Source: Amphiscolops sp. MND2022
Lineage: Eukaryota
Reading direction: 5' to 3'
DNA: 64,000 nucleotides
NCBI GenBank assembly: GCA_964187785.1
Contig: OZ076410.1
Location: forward strand, 57,226,001 to 57,290,000
Below, piece after piece: positions 37,392 to 50,060 of this stretch (within the stretch, counting starts at the first letter, position 1; every line of letters begins with the position of its first letter). The position numbers and the translations under genes are program-made. Under the pieces are notes generated by a model. The model saw nothing but the letters and a program-made list of their open reading frames with translations. It had not been told where the DNA came from and searched no databases.

Positions 37392-40300
37392 ATGCTCTAT
37401 TTTCCAATGAGTTTCGGCGAACTAACTTTAGATGGCCTGGTAGAAACGGGAGCACTATCCGGCGCAATCCCAGCAGCTGATCTACGGGAAATCCGATTGT
37501 TAGCACCTCATTCTATTATCAGAGAGGGCCCAGCACCCAACTTTCAAATAATGGTAGCTAATGGGCAGCTGGAAACTCCGAAGAACACAGTCGAACTGAA
37601 ATTTGAAGTCGGCGACAAAGATTTCCATGAGATATTTATAATCATGGAAAAACTCATTAGTCCCTCAATTGGTCTTTCATTCCTCCAACGGAATAATACC
37701 AATTGGGACATGAGACAAGAGACAAGGTGTCCTAAATTTCCTCTTTTTCTCAATGCAACTGAAAACAACGGAGATCACAAGTACACCAATGTCATGGAAC
37801 CAACCTGCATCTGGGAGGACGTCACCGTCCCACCAAATGATCGAAAGCTAGTCCTGACGGCTTCACAACTGTATGGCTTCACAACGACCGCAATATTGCC
37901 TTCTGTGCTGCTATAGTCACCTCAACCAGTGGTCGAGTCAAACTTCATCTGAACAGTTTCACTGACAGCCTCTATACCCTCAAAAGGGGTACGCAAGTTG
38001 CTAACTTCACTGTCCTGACTCCGGAACATTTGAAATATGTGAAACCTATAGATCCGGTGACCACGTGGCACCTATTGCAGGACAATCCTGAGAATGCTGC
38101 TTACTACGCAAGTAGTTTGATAAAATCTACAAAACCAGAGGACTACAAGGACAACTACTGGTTTCCCACACCAGAAGACCCTGGGGACCCTCAGCCCCAC
38201 AGGCCGAATCAAAAACGGATTTTTTTACAAATTGCTCAACCTTCAGAAACTCAAAAAACTCAACACTCTCGGAAACCCTGAGTCAAGACAACAATTTCTG
38301 AACAAATTGGACTGTTCGGATTTTATGGTACAACAAGATGAAATTGCTCGCATAGAACACCTATTAGTCGAACTTCATAATATTTTTGACGGACATCGCT
38401 TCTATATTGGTTTGAACGAAGAATTTGAAGTACAGTTGACGCCAAAGGATGACTACCCAGCGTACAGTCAAAACTTACCGACGCTTATTATTCTGAGAGG
38501 CGACATCCTTGTAGAATTGCCGCTTCTCCACCGATATGGGATAATAAAAAAAGTCCCATTTACCAAATAGGGAAGCCCAATATTTGCCTAAAGGAAACCG
38601 AATGGCAAGTTGAGACTTTTAGTCAAATTTCGCATATAAACAATTTGATTTGTGCATATGGCAGGCAATAAACTCTTTTGCAAACTATACTGCTCTCAAG
38701 CCTACCACTGCCTACAATTGGCTGACCAAAAGTTTATTGAGATGCTTGCATTTAACTTGGCGAGCCGAACATTTGCCTACCGTCGACTGACACAAGGCCT
38801 TAGTTGAGCCCTTTCAGCCTTTTTTATATTAATGCGCAAATGTTTGGACAAAACAATCAAAGCAGACCAATGTGCCCAATATGTTGACGATATTGGTATA
38901 GCTGCAAATTACGCCGAAGAGCTCATCAACAACCTTAGGGCTACTTTTCAGTGCATTCAAAAGGGTGGCCTCAAGCTTGGGATGCATAAATGTCACTTTG
39001 ATGCAACGGAAATTCATTTTATGGGTCGTGCCATCACTCATGCATCCTTGAAGCCGCAGAGACCACGGCTCAAAAACTCCCTGGAAAATAAGAAACTTCC
39101 TAAATCAAAGAAAGGACTTGAACGCTACTTGGGATTGTTAATTTACTATCAAAATAACATCCGGAGGCTTTCAGAAAATATTGCCGTGTTATTCAAAATG
39201 TTAACAAAAGACGAAAAAATCCTGGTAACACCGGACCTGTTGGAACAATTCACCAAGATCAACAAGGGTCTTCATCGATGTTGTGAACTGGCACTCAAAC
39301 AACCCCAACCGAACAAGCAAATTGCCCTTATGACAGACGCTAGCTTTTCGGCCGCAGGGTACGCAGTTCATATCGAAGACGATCTACTCGAGAAACGTAC
39401 TTCAACAACACAACTCTTCGCATCAAGGACTTATGGATCCAATTCCTTCAGTCCTACACAAAATGTCCATATACGCGAATGCATTCTTTGCAATTTTCTT
39501 TAAATTCAAAGAATTGGGACATATATTTTGGGAATTCCCAAAACCGGTGATTATAATAACAGACGATAAACCGGTCACACAATTGTTTCAGACAGAAATT
39601 ATTCCATCGACACTCTGGAATGCCTGTCACTATGTAATCTAGCTCAATTTCAGTATTGCGCATATACCCGGCAAAAACAATACAGCTGCTGACTATTTAT
39701 CTTTTCTGGAAATCTCTCCAAAAGATAAATTGGTCCTCAGAATCGGAGAAGATATTCCGACAACTCTGATTGAACTACATGTCCAATCGACGGGAGTAGC
39801 TAAGGAGGAGCAAATATTCTACACGGAGTACGACGACGAGACTGAAGAACAAACCTGGCAATGGAAGCAAATGGCTGGAAAGCACCCAACGAATCGACCA
39901 CCGGACATTTTATTTGAAAAATACACCGTACATAAAAGTGACAAACTTTCAACATTTCAACAACTATCAAATATCAACTCTTTTGCAATTGAGCAGAACA
40001 ACAACATCATATTACAACAACTACGACTTGAAATTTTGAAAGAAGATTACTCAGAGACCTTCCTACTTCAAGATAACCGATATCATCGTTACAGTCGCCA
40101 ATTCGATTGAATGTCCGTTACAGATGAAATCTTTACCAGACAGTATTTTGATAAAACGGGATCTGTAAAACACAATCAGGTGCTATTACCGAAACATCTC
40201 GTCACTGAACTGCTTGAATCTCTACACAGCAAGGCTAATAAACATCCAGGAATTTCCAAGATGCTCATAGAAATTCCACAAGAATACAACTACCCTGGCA

Positions 40301-41200
40301 CAGCAAAAACTATTAAAACACGGGGATAAGGTTGTGGAATCTTCATCAAGGACAAAAGATTTCCTAATTCGTCTATTACTCCCGAATTTCTCAATTTTCC
40401 GGAATGGAACTTTGGCCCTGAGGACGCAATGCAAATCAACTTGTTACCGAACCTACCGCCAAATGGAAGATATGAAATTTTCATTACAGCTATGGATGTC
40501 TTTTCAAGATATCTTTTTGCTTTCCCAATTACTGACGCATCGGCCACAAATACGGCAAACGTTATCATTGATATAATGACCAAGCATACCTATTTGCCCA
40601 CCACTTTAATCACCGACAAAGAGACAGCCTTTGCGTCAAAGTTGGTTGCCGCAATTGCTCAAGTTCTGGGAATCCAAGTTAAATGCACCAGAACAAAACA
40701 TCCAAAAACCATCGGTAAACTGGAACGCACTCATGCTAGTCTCAAAACAAATCTCCAAATGGCCTCAGGGGACAACCGGCGTTAGTGGCATAAGTATCAG
40801 CCCCTAGCCGTATTAAACTATAATACTTCCTATCACGCCACTCTGGGCTGTGAACGAATCTCGAATTTTCCACGGACGAATTCCATTCAATATATTAAAT
40901 CACAGATTGTGTCTTAATCCTAACACAAAGGTCTTTTTGACTGTTGATTTTGCAGACGAATTCCAGCAACGAACACAGAGTTTATTAGACTCAACAAAAA
41001 AACATCATGCAATCCTTTTTGAAATTTAAAGAATAATATGACGGAAAGGCCCAAGCTGCGCCTCTGCAACAAAGTGACTTTTGTTTCATACTACAACCTA
41101 TTGCTGACCACCAAGTCTCAAAATTTCTACTTTGGGAATTTAGGTGGACCGGACCTTACATTGTGGAAAAAGTCTTACCGAACAAAAGCTTCTTGTTTCA
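37392..41200 (+). pseudogene. pol: pol: aspartic protease, possible dUTPase-like remnant, RT, RNase H, integrase with GPY/F
   Basis: LVETGA (DTG variant); YVDD near 38880; LMTDASF; integrase HPGISKM, AMDVFSRYLFAFP, LITDKET, GKLERTH; WTGPYIV. Many stops and frameshifts. Confidence 0.92.
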
Positions 41201-43376
41201 AAACGTGGAGGACTTTCAATTGGACAGTTCGTGCACTACTCCAATTGTGACTGAAATTACAGCTAATCAATCTGGGTCTAGTTGAGAAGGCGCCCATGAT
41301 AACGGAAATCAAACACGCTTCAGCATCTGTCTGGACTTGAATCTGTCCGGTCCGCTGAAGGAACACTCTACTGATTTGGTCTCCACGCCAGTACCGGATA
41401 AAAGCGAGCAGAAAGACTCCGTCATTGGGGAATTCGACTGAATATTCACCGTTGGCATTGACGTGGGAACCAATGTCCTCGATGATGATTTCAACGAACA
41501 TATGGTGAAACAGTACCTAAACAAGAGAAACACTTAGTACTGCTCTGTTTACTTCTACGTTGAGCTTCCCTAAGGGCACTATCAGAAAAAGGGGGTTTAA
41601 TAAAACAATGAGAGCGTACTTACGGTCAAGCGCTCCTTCCCCCAGTTGAAATCAGTGAACAGGGCTTGGTGATTTATAATGACACCGACATCGCTCCAGA
41701 ACTTCTTCAGGACTTCGAGGTCACTGTAAGCGAGGAAAAACTTCCCATGGACAGAAAATTGTACTCGGGCCCTGTTGTCGGACGAGGTAGACATATAGTC
41801 CATTTTCGGACGTTGTACTCGTCGTAGAAACGTATTTCTGGCATATCTCTACCGAATCAGCTTTTATGGACTTGGGAAGTTCCAGTTCTAATCGGTAAAG
41901 GGTCAGCAACTTGCCGTATTTCCCTCTGACCTTATGTATTTCGGAATTGGTGACTGGGTTGACCTTCTAGAGATCTTCATATCTCCGCCTCTGATACTTC
42001 CGGAGATGTTTCTCTTTGGAGTGGTGGCGTAGAATTTCCCTGGCTCCTTTGCCGTGAATGAAGATCTGGGCCTTACATATTTGGCAATAAAACTTGTAAG
42101 AATTCAATCTTGGATCAACAGGCCCAGAGACGAAGGTGCGCGTCCACTTCTCCAAAGAGTACCCAATACTAGAGAATCATCATCACTACGGATGGCTCCA
42201 CTGGTGTCACTGTATTGTCTAGATGCCATACTTCCACCTCTACGAACACCAGGATCACCAGAATTTCTGGGTGACGGAGCGTGGCTAGCAGGAGTACCCA
42301 GGTTCAACTCACTTGCACGCTGAATAAGACTTTATAACATATCGCAGGAAGCCCTAGGTGTTTCATCAGCCTCAACGCTAAGTACACTGCTGATCTGGTC
42401 CTCTGTGAGAGTGTTGGTTTAGTGAGCTTTCGGGAAACAAAAGGGGTCTATATTTGAGAACTGCTGCTTTATCAGGGCTCGGCTATTTGGCCCAAGTGAT
42501 GAATCCCGATGTACCTGGGAGTCTAGCAGACACGAAGTTTTTTCTGAATCACTTACATCCAGATGTGGTTCCGGTGACTCCAAGTCCAATGCTTGGACAA
42601 TGGTGGACCCGGCAGGATTAGTGGTTGACTCCGCATCAATTTCAAACCCAAACTCGACCGAGTTTGGGCGGTGGCTGGATGTCAACGAAGGAAGAGTTTC
42701 CGAATCTGGGTCTCTTGATGGCACTACGGGACTGATTGACATTTCCGAAACTGACAGTCTGTGCACAAGGATCAAGTAAAGTCACAGTTGGGCTTGAACT
42801 GTCGGGTTCAAAGCCTTGTGGTACATTCAAGGCAGAAGTAACACACACTGGGTCACTTTCATTTTCTCCCAGAAGGAAGCTGTGCTCACTAGGTGGTTCT
42901 CGATCCAAAATTTCATCCCAGACTCCTCATCTTACGTGCAAAATATGATTGGATACTCTTACCGGAACTACTATTGTCAGATGCGAGCAAGTTGACTAGA
43001 GAAAGCGAATAGTCTGAAGATGGCGGCCGTTGCGCCGCCGGGTCTATTCCCGTGAGAGGAGTAGTAGTGGTTTTCTCGCCTGATTCTTGGTCAGATGATG
43101 CCAATGAAAGGACATCATCAAATGTTTCGAAGGCAACACTTCAGGTAAAGACGAGTTAGTGATCAATTGATGCGTGTCTGCCGGAGCTATTTCTCGAGCA
43201 ACTGGTCCTGAGGTTTCTATGGTTGTGTTAGGACGTACGGTTGTGGGGACACTAGTTGTACTCCTGGTTTCTGACGACGTTTGTGTTGCTTGGCCGTTTG
43301 ATTCTTTACCTGAACGGAAAGGAATAAACTCGCGCGTTTCACTTCCTGCAGATGAGTCCATCTTATCGCTTTTCAA
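41175..43376 (-). pseudogene. Antisense spliced ZnF/hAT-like cargo gene, member C
   Basis: Ser/Thr/Pro-rich N-terminus; ZnF CQIC-x16-HHSKEKH (ORF 42155-41967). A 107-nt GTAAGT...TTTAG intron at 41623-41517 joins WGKERLT to VLFHHMFVEIIIEDIG in phase 0. The following EYSVEF..DG..LLAFIRYW resembles the first RNase-H strands of hAT transposases. Confidence 0.8.
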
Positions 43377-44132
43377 AGTTTTCCCGAAGTGAAGTTTTCT
43401 TCATTCAACGTTGATTGAAAACAATTCACGATGGAGGAAGTAAAGTTATAGTCAAACCTAAACCCTGATCAAGTTCAGTTTAGACAATTTCAAAGAACCA
43501 ACCTGGTGATAATTCCATGATTATTCCATGATAATTCCAGGACACGAACGACAAATTCCTCTACAGTCGCCTACTTTTGCAACCGTATAGCCTTCGCGTC
43601 CAAAGTTGAGGGACAAGCAGAATGTTGGTTTGGATAATGTTCGAGTCGTAAGATGCATTTCAAATAGTAAAGTGAAAATGATTATAGAAGAAAGAATGAC
43701 AGACACAGAACTATGAGACCATGTTCCATCAACTCAACTTGTGCAAAAAAGAATTATTTGACATCGAGATGATTTGTTTATGATTATAGAACAACATCAA
43801 AACGTTTAGTTAACTTGATTAAAGCGATTGTTGTGGCCTCCATGTCAATTCTTTCACTACTATCACTCATTGATTACTGCATATACCTTCCGTCCAGATT
43901 ACTTATTTAAAATCTCTTACCATGTATAGAACTTGCCAGCGAAATTCCATAATAATCTGTTATATACCACAGAATAGGCATATTTTATGTGATTTCATCA
44001 TTCTCCATTCATAGTTTACAATTTTCTTCATTCATTTATCAACACAATCCTATTAGTCAATTCAGTGGCTGTAGCCGCGCGGAACGAAGGTCTTTGATAG
44101 AGGAATTATTCACTGAAAGGAAACTTGAGGTA

Positions 44133-44520
44133 AATTTCAGGTCTCTTCTTAACACTAATAGTATGGAAAAAAGTGAAATGACCATTGAAACAACCCGAAT
44201 AATTAGTGAAGAGATATCCAACAAGAAGTCCAGAAAGCTCAAAGAAATCAGATCTAGCTTGAAATCTCAAAAAAAATGCAATTACCACGGCAAAAGCCGA
44301 GAAAGTGCTTCCTTCCATCCAAATTACACTGATGTGCAGGGGAGGAGTAAAATCACCGTAGAGGACCGAAGTTCTAGTGGGTTTCAAAGGAACCCCGGAT
44401 CCTCAAATGCACAGAAAACAAGGGAAAATCACCCCAAATCAGGTTTCGCACGTGAAAAACAACAACAAGTGTCTAGACAGTGTTCAGTAGACTCTTATAC
44501 AAGCGAACAAAGTCGCGACA
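44133..44520 (+). repeat. Recognisable 3' part of the 3' LTR
   Basis: Colinear with 35283-35673 at roughly 75-80 percent identity by eye. I saw no match to the first ~970 bp of the 5' LTR. Confidence 0.75.
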
Positions 44521-44759
44521 GGAGGGTTCAAAACGCGGGGTGTCCTTTGCGATTTGGCAGTTAACAACGGGTCTATTCCTTAAGTTTTACGATCGCTATA
44601 AAAGTTTACGACCGTTTTGTTTATTCATGTAATAGTAAGAATTATTGATTTCAATGGCCCGTTGGCGTAGTGGTCAAGTCAATGAGAACAATCACGCTTG
44701 GCAGGCGGACGGGAGCACTAAAAACTGCTATTGCGTGCGCCGCTTCTCGGACAAAATAC

Positions 44760-45520
44760 CTAAGGGGCTTTACCATAATGGCGCCCTAGGGGTTTGCCCT
44801 AGCGACCTAAAATGACTTAAAATTGCCCGAAAAAGGCTTCCGAGCACTTTTTTTGCGTTCTCGTGCAAAGAAACTATGGTGTGGAGGGTGTTTGGGTGGA
44901 TAAGAAATGTTTTTACCCACTTTTCATTGAATTTTTAAGGGAAAAAGTGGAAAAAATCATCGTTTTTGGTATTAAAAAACTTTCGAATTTGTTTTGTCGC
45001 TTTCTCCAAGAAAAGTGTGAGACGAGTGTGAAATTAATGGCATTCGATTCAACAATGAATGTACTTCCTAGGGGTATAACTTCTAACGATGGGTTTTTTA
45101 TTTTAAATGGTTTCTGAAAAAAACTTGAAAGTTAGAAAAAATACAAAGTTGTTTTGTCATTTTCTCAACGTATAGTAAAGATACGAGTGGGAGTTTAAAC
45201 CATTCGATTCAGCATTAAACGTACTTCCTAGGAAGTATAGCCCCTGCGTTGGATTGTTTATTTTTCTGACTTTCTGAAATGGCTTTCGAAAAAAATCTTG
45301 AAAAATAGGAAAAAGTACAAAAATTGTTTTGTCAATTTCTCTACGTATAGTAAAAACACGAGTAAAGGGTTTTGGTACTATTCGAATTAGCATTAAACAT
45401 TCTAGGTGGTATGGCCCCCACGATTAGCTTCTTGTTTTTATTCCGAATTCTTTGATGTTTTTTCAGAAAAAAGGCAACAGTATACTTCTGCTTAAAATCT
45501 TAGTCGACGAAAATTACTCG
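44760..45520. repeat. Unclassified repeat with three degenerate ~160-180-bp units (TTCGATTCAGCATTAAAC.TACTTCCTAGG)
   Basis: Units near 45040, 45203 and 45381. Confidence 0.5.
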
Positions 45521-45948
45521 CTCAAATCAGACAATGAGAGGCCGAGCAATGTTTCAGTTTGACGTTTACAACTCTACTTTCAACTAGAATAGGTTGTTGA
45601 GTTGGATAACCAAAAGAAACCAACATTGGCTGCATCTAGACATCATTTTGAATGTTCGCAAGCTTTTGTTTACCCTTGCTTCGCTTTAGCGTTAGGTTCT
45701 CTCTCCTATCACACATTTCTGGGTCAACGCGTCTCTCTTTGTATCCTCAGCCTGTCCTACTTTGAAGACATACCTGATTAATGTGTTTGCTTAGGTATAC
45801 CAACCTTTTGCGGCTGTGTTTATGTGCTAACTCGTAAAATACAAGTCAGCCAAGTTTCATGGTACTGAGCAGATCTGAATGATAACAAAAGCATGATAAC
45901 TGGACAAGAACTGAATGAAATAAAAAGTTAGGCAAGTCCAGGTAACTT

Positions 45949-48900
45949 TTATTGAGAATCATTATCAGAAGTCGGTATGATCACATATCGTCGTCGTTTT
46001 ATTGAAGGTTGTTCCTCTTCTCCCGCCGGTTCGATTGAAATCACTTCACTCTCTTCTGCCTCATCATCAATGAATGGGTTCCGAAGCAAAGCTGAATGTT
46101 CCGCTCCATAGGAAGCATAAAAATAAGAAATATGGTCTCCCATTACATCTGCTAATATCTCCAGAGTTCCTTCGTTCAAATCAGATTCGGTGTTTTCATC
46201 TTGTTTAAAGTTGTTGACTAAGGCTTCCAATCCGACTCTCTTTTCGTTCAGGAGTTTCGGGTTGTGGCAGAGTTCTGTCGGACGATCATCGGAATTAGTC
46301 TTCCCGTATTCTCTTAGAAGTAATTTCCAGGTAAGGCTGGCTAGAACTTCTTCTTTACCCCAGTCAGGATCTGCTATTACTTCTCTGAATCTTGCTATAT
46401 TTCGGACTAAATAAAATAATGACCAAGGTAAGGTAAGGTAAGGTCTTAATGCCGTCGTCTTGAATGCATCGTTCGCCATCGAAAGCTGATAGAAAAATTT
46501 TGTTGCTGGAAATTTTTCCAATTGATGATTATGCGAACCAATTTTGATTTTGTTGGTTTTGACTAAATTGGTTGTGCATAGGACATTTTGGTACACATCA
46601 TGCTTGAGTGATGTTTGAGCAGAGCGCGAAATTTTTTTGACATATAGTTTCTTTTTTTTCCATCATCAAATCTGATGGAATACATTTTATTGCTCTCGTC
46701 AAATGAAGGGTGTTTTTTCGGATAGTTTGAAAAGTTGAAATGTTTCTTGAGATTCTCGTTCTTCTCTAGTTCTCGGTACAAATCCTAGTGTTTGATTTCG
46801 TAGAGAAGAGAGTCTGTTTCAGTATAAGTCAGCTGGCAGTTGAAAATTGGCTTCATAATTTTGTAATGAAAGTGTACATATGAAATTTAACCAGTTCCAA
46901 TACACAAGCGCCCACGATTGTTGGTTTTTTCCAAAAACAATTTTGGGCTTTTTCATTGTAACCGCTGCAAGGTTTTCGTCGAAAATCTTGAAGGTTTTCA
47001 TCAGTGATGTATCCACCAATTTTTGCGCTTCTTGGTCCGTTCTGACCAGTTGGACACTAGCCCTGTTCCTCTAGCTCTCCAACGTTTTGACATAGCAGCT
47101 GTTCTTCATCAATTTAAAAAATCGTTCCCGGATTTTGTTTGTTGATTGTTGCTTTTCTTTGTATTTTTGACTATGTAAGGTTTCAACCATATCGATTGGA
47201 CAAATTCAAGTACACGATGGACTTTTTAAACAACAAGCCCTAACTGAACATAGAATAGCAAATTCAGGTAGTGCACAGTAATTGAAATTGCTGTTCCGCG
47301 TTTGTAGCCACTTGGGTTGTTAGGTTTTCTTGAAACCCATTCGTTCGAGAATGTTCAGCTGTTAATCGCTGAGAAAGTTTTCTTCGGAAGTAACGGAAAA
47401 TCTTCTTGGAGGTCATGCAATGCGTAAGGGTATTCCACGTCAACTTCTAATACGTAGCCTACACTGGAATCAATGGTGGTGTTGCGAATTTGGACCAAGC
47501 TCACGTCTACTTTTTTGAAGTCCTTCAATGGCAGCGTAGTTCTTCCGTAACTCCGCCGTGAAGATTGTTCGCATCAACAAGGAAGCCAAATGTCGATTCT
47601 TCTTGACGCTTAAAAGTGTTTTGGCACTTATTGTTGGCTGTGATAAACCTTTTGGAATATATTGATGCAACACCACCACGAATCATGTTTTCTGTCATCT
47701 CAAGATGCTCTCTGGCTGTGGGCAATTCGATTTCAGCGTTACATGTTTTGATGAATGCATCGCCAGAAAGATGTGAGCTTGTTAAGTAATGCTCTGGGCC
47801 GTAAGGCTCGAGGCTGTAAGTCTCATAGCAAAATTTGTGGAACTCTTCCATCACACATGCTAGCATTAACGTGTCATATTTCAAGTACAGGTCACTATAG
47901 TCGCCCAAGCATTGGCAGTGGACAGCTGCAAACACGTTTTGCGCGTGAGCGTATTCTGTTTCGGTAACTGAAATTTTGTTACCTTGCAAACTGTTGGTCA
48001 AAAAGTTCATTGCCGGCAATTCTCTCTTTGCAAAATTATTGAAATCGGTAAAGTATGTGTAGGGATATTGTCCCTTCTGATGCCGAAGCTCTTTCTCAAT
48101 GGGCTGGTTTTCACTGCAGTAACTATCAAGAAGCTTGAAACTTTCTGATGGCAAGTAGCTAACCAATTTATCCACGATGATGGTAAGAAGCGGTATGAAT
48201 CTGTGGTTCGCAAGTTTTCGTAGACGTTTTTCGAAATACCGCGCCTATCGCTTAAAGAGTTCACTTTGATGCCGATTGACAATGTGACGTGTTTTTCGGC
48301 TGTCAATGGAATAATGTCAAGTCTGCACTCGCTGTCGAATTCATGCAGGTTTTTGCACAAGTGGTGTATATCATAGTTCGAAAAGTTATTGGCTATAACT
48401 GGCACGTAATTGAAGCTTCTTCTTTTCGAATTACATTGGTTGTGAGCATACCCTAAGAAAACTCCTGAGTAATGACAGTGGTCCAGATCTTCATCTCGTC
48501 TACAAATACTGAGTCGCAGATCCAGCATTCTGCAGATTGGTCGCTTCGATAGGGTGCCTCCCCTGGAAAACTCTGTGACTTTGCTTTGATAATTTTCATT
48601 AGCTACCACTTGCAATTGTTGCCTTAGTTTTTTCATGCATGATTCTGATCTGTCTATGAAAGATAAGCAGGCTGAACTGGCCCATGCTCAATGATGACAA
48701 AACAAAAGCCACATGGTTCGTGTTTCTCTAGCACTCGAGTTTGGATGGTTGAAGTCTCGTTCGGATTAACGGGAACGACAAGAGATTCCAAGTCAAAGTA
48801 TACAACAACTGGTGCATTGACACAAGCATTGAAATTCTGGAATATAATTTTGTTTTTGTCTTCCGATGGCATTTCGATGGCTGCTGGTTTGAATTTGAGA

Positions 48901-50060
48901 CAAATTTGCCTGGTGCTTCTCAAAGTTTATTTGCGTGCAGACGTGAAAGCAAACACGACATGATTCACGAGATTGAGCAAGTTTTTGACAAAGACATAGT
49001 GGTAAACAATGTCATCTTGTAAAAGTAAAAGATCCATGATGAAGTAAAAAGTCCATGACGTCAATGTCGGTTTGCTTTGATAAGCGTAGTAGAAACAGGT
49101 GCTGGTTTTTCTATCTGATTACACCAACTTGCCCCCAGTTCAATTGCTCAGGGTTCAGCAAGTCTTTGAAACCCGTTGGCATTTCGTACGATCCTCCTGC
49201 TTGGTGAGACGATGGGTTGTTTTTACTGTAAAAAATGGGGCTCGTAACCGTTCGCCATGTATCGGTACCGAGTTGTGGTACATGATGTAAATGATAAGCG
49301 GCTGTGAAGCAGTACATAAAACAACGGTTGTCGCGATGGTTGCGAATGTTTAAAAGTCTTCGAAGGCCCTGTAGTTCACCAGGTAGAGCAATATATGAAG
49401 TGCTTCTAACAGGTCGAAAATTCGCAGTTTTCACCTCCAAGTTGTTGATTTTATCCAAGGCCCACCCGTTGCCATGAGCTGTGAAGGAGAAGAGAAAACT
49501 CATCATTTTGTGAATCATCTGGAAGTTTTCCTCTGTTGGCAACCTGTCTGCAAACACTGTTATCATTTCAGGGTTCAAAAAAACTTCTACTAACTCTAGT
49601 TGGTCTTCTACTGGTTTCACAAGACGAATGTTTAGAAAAGTTGTACTTTAAGCAGTGAATTTTGTGCCCTTTCTGACAATGTTGGTCGAATGAATTGCTC
49701 CTTTTGCAACATGATTTGAGTGAGATCGATGCTGCCATCACCCTCTAATTGGACAGTTTGGAACAAGTTCCTGAAAGCTGAATTTGATTTGTTTGTCGAA
49801 GAATCACTGGAATTGGAGATCGGTAATTGATGCTCAATTTGTTATTAATTTTCGAAGCCTTTTCCATTGATAAAGAATTTTTTGCAGTATATTCATACTC
49901 CAGCGGGTTTTCGTTGGTGTTCTACTGTAAGATGAGCTTGCATTTCTAGACGAGATTTAGAGTGGAAAACACAGAGACTGCAAAGTATTTCATTCTCGCT
50001 TCGCTTCAAGTCATGAAAATTTTTGAGATGTCGTGTCAGTTTTGTCGGTTGGCATTAGTA
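45949..50060 (-). pseudogene. Protein-primed family B DNA polymerase with N-terminal C2H2-like fingers and acidic C-terminal tail
   Basis: VVVYFDLESL (Exo I); DHCHYSG...AHNQCN; YLKYDTLMLA (Exo III); IRGGV; VDANNLHG (motif A); motif B-like LMKNSC; C-terminal LSAF..KR..DDG.KTLPFGH, seen intact in the second copy. Confidence 0.92.

Larger units (their letters stand above)
34311..44520 (+). mobile_element. Full-length degenerate Ty3/Gypsy LTR retrotransposon (10.2 kb) with antisense cargo gene
   Basis: TG start at 34311, CA end at 44520, and 5-bp TSD GGAGG at 34306-34310 and 44521-44525. Domain order is gag, PR, RT, RNase H, IN. Confidence 0.88.

Noticed and set aside
41175-43376. env gene in the usual third-ORF position
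   Set aside because: The ORF is antisense and spliced, has a zinc finger, and shows no signal peptide, furin site or transmembrane anchor.
44656-44720. tRNA-like 5' segment GGCCCGTTGGCGTAGTGGTCAAG
   Set aside because: It has an A-box only. No T-arm/B-box (GTTCGA) or acceptor-stem partner follows, so at most it is a decayed tRNA/SINE head.
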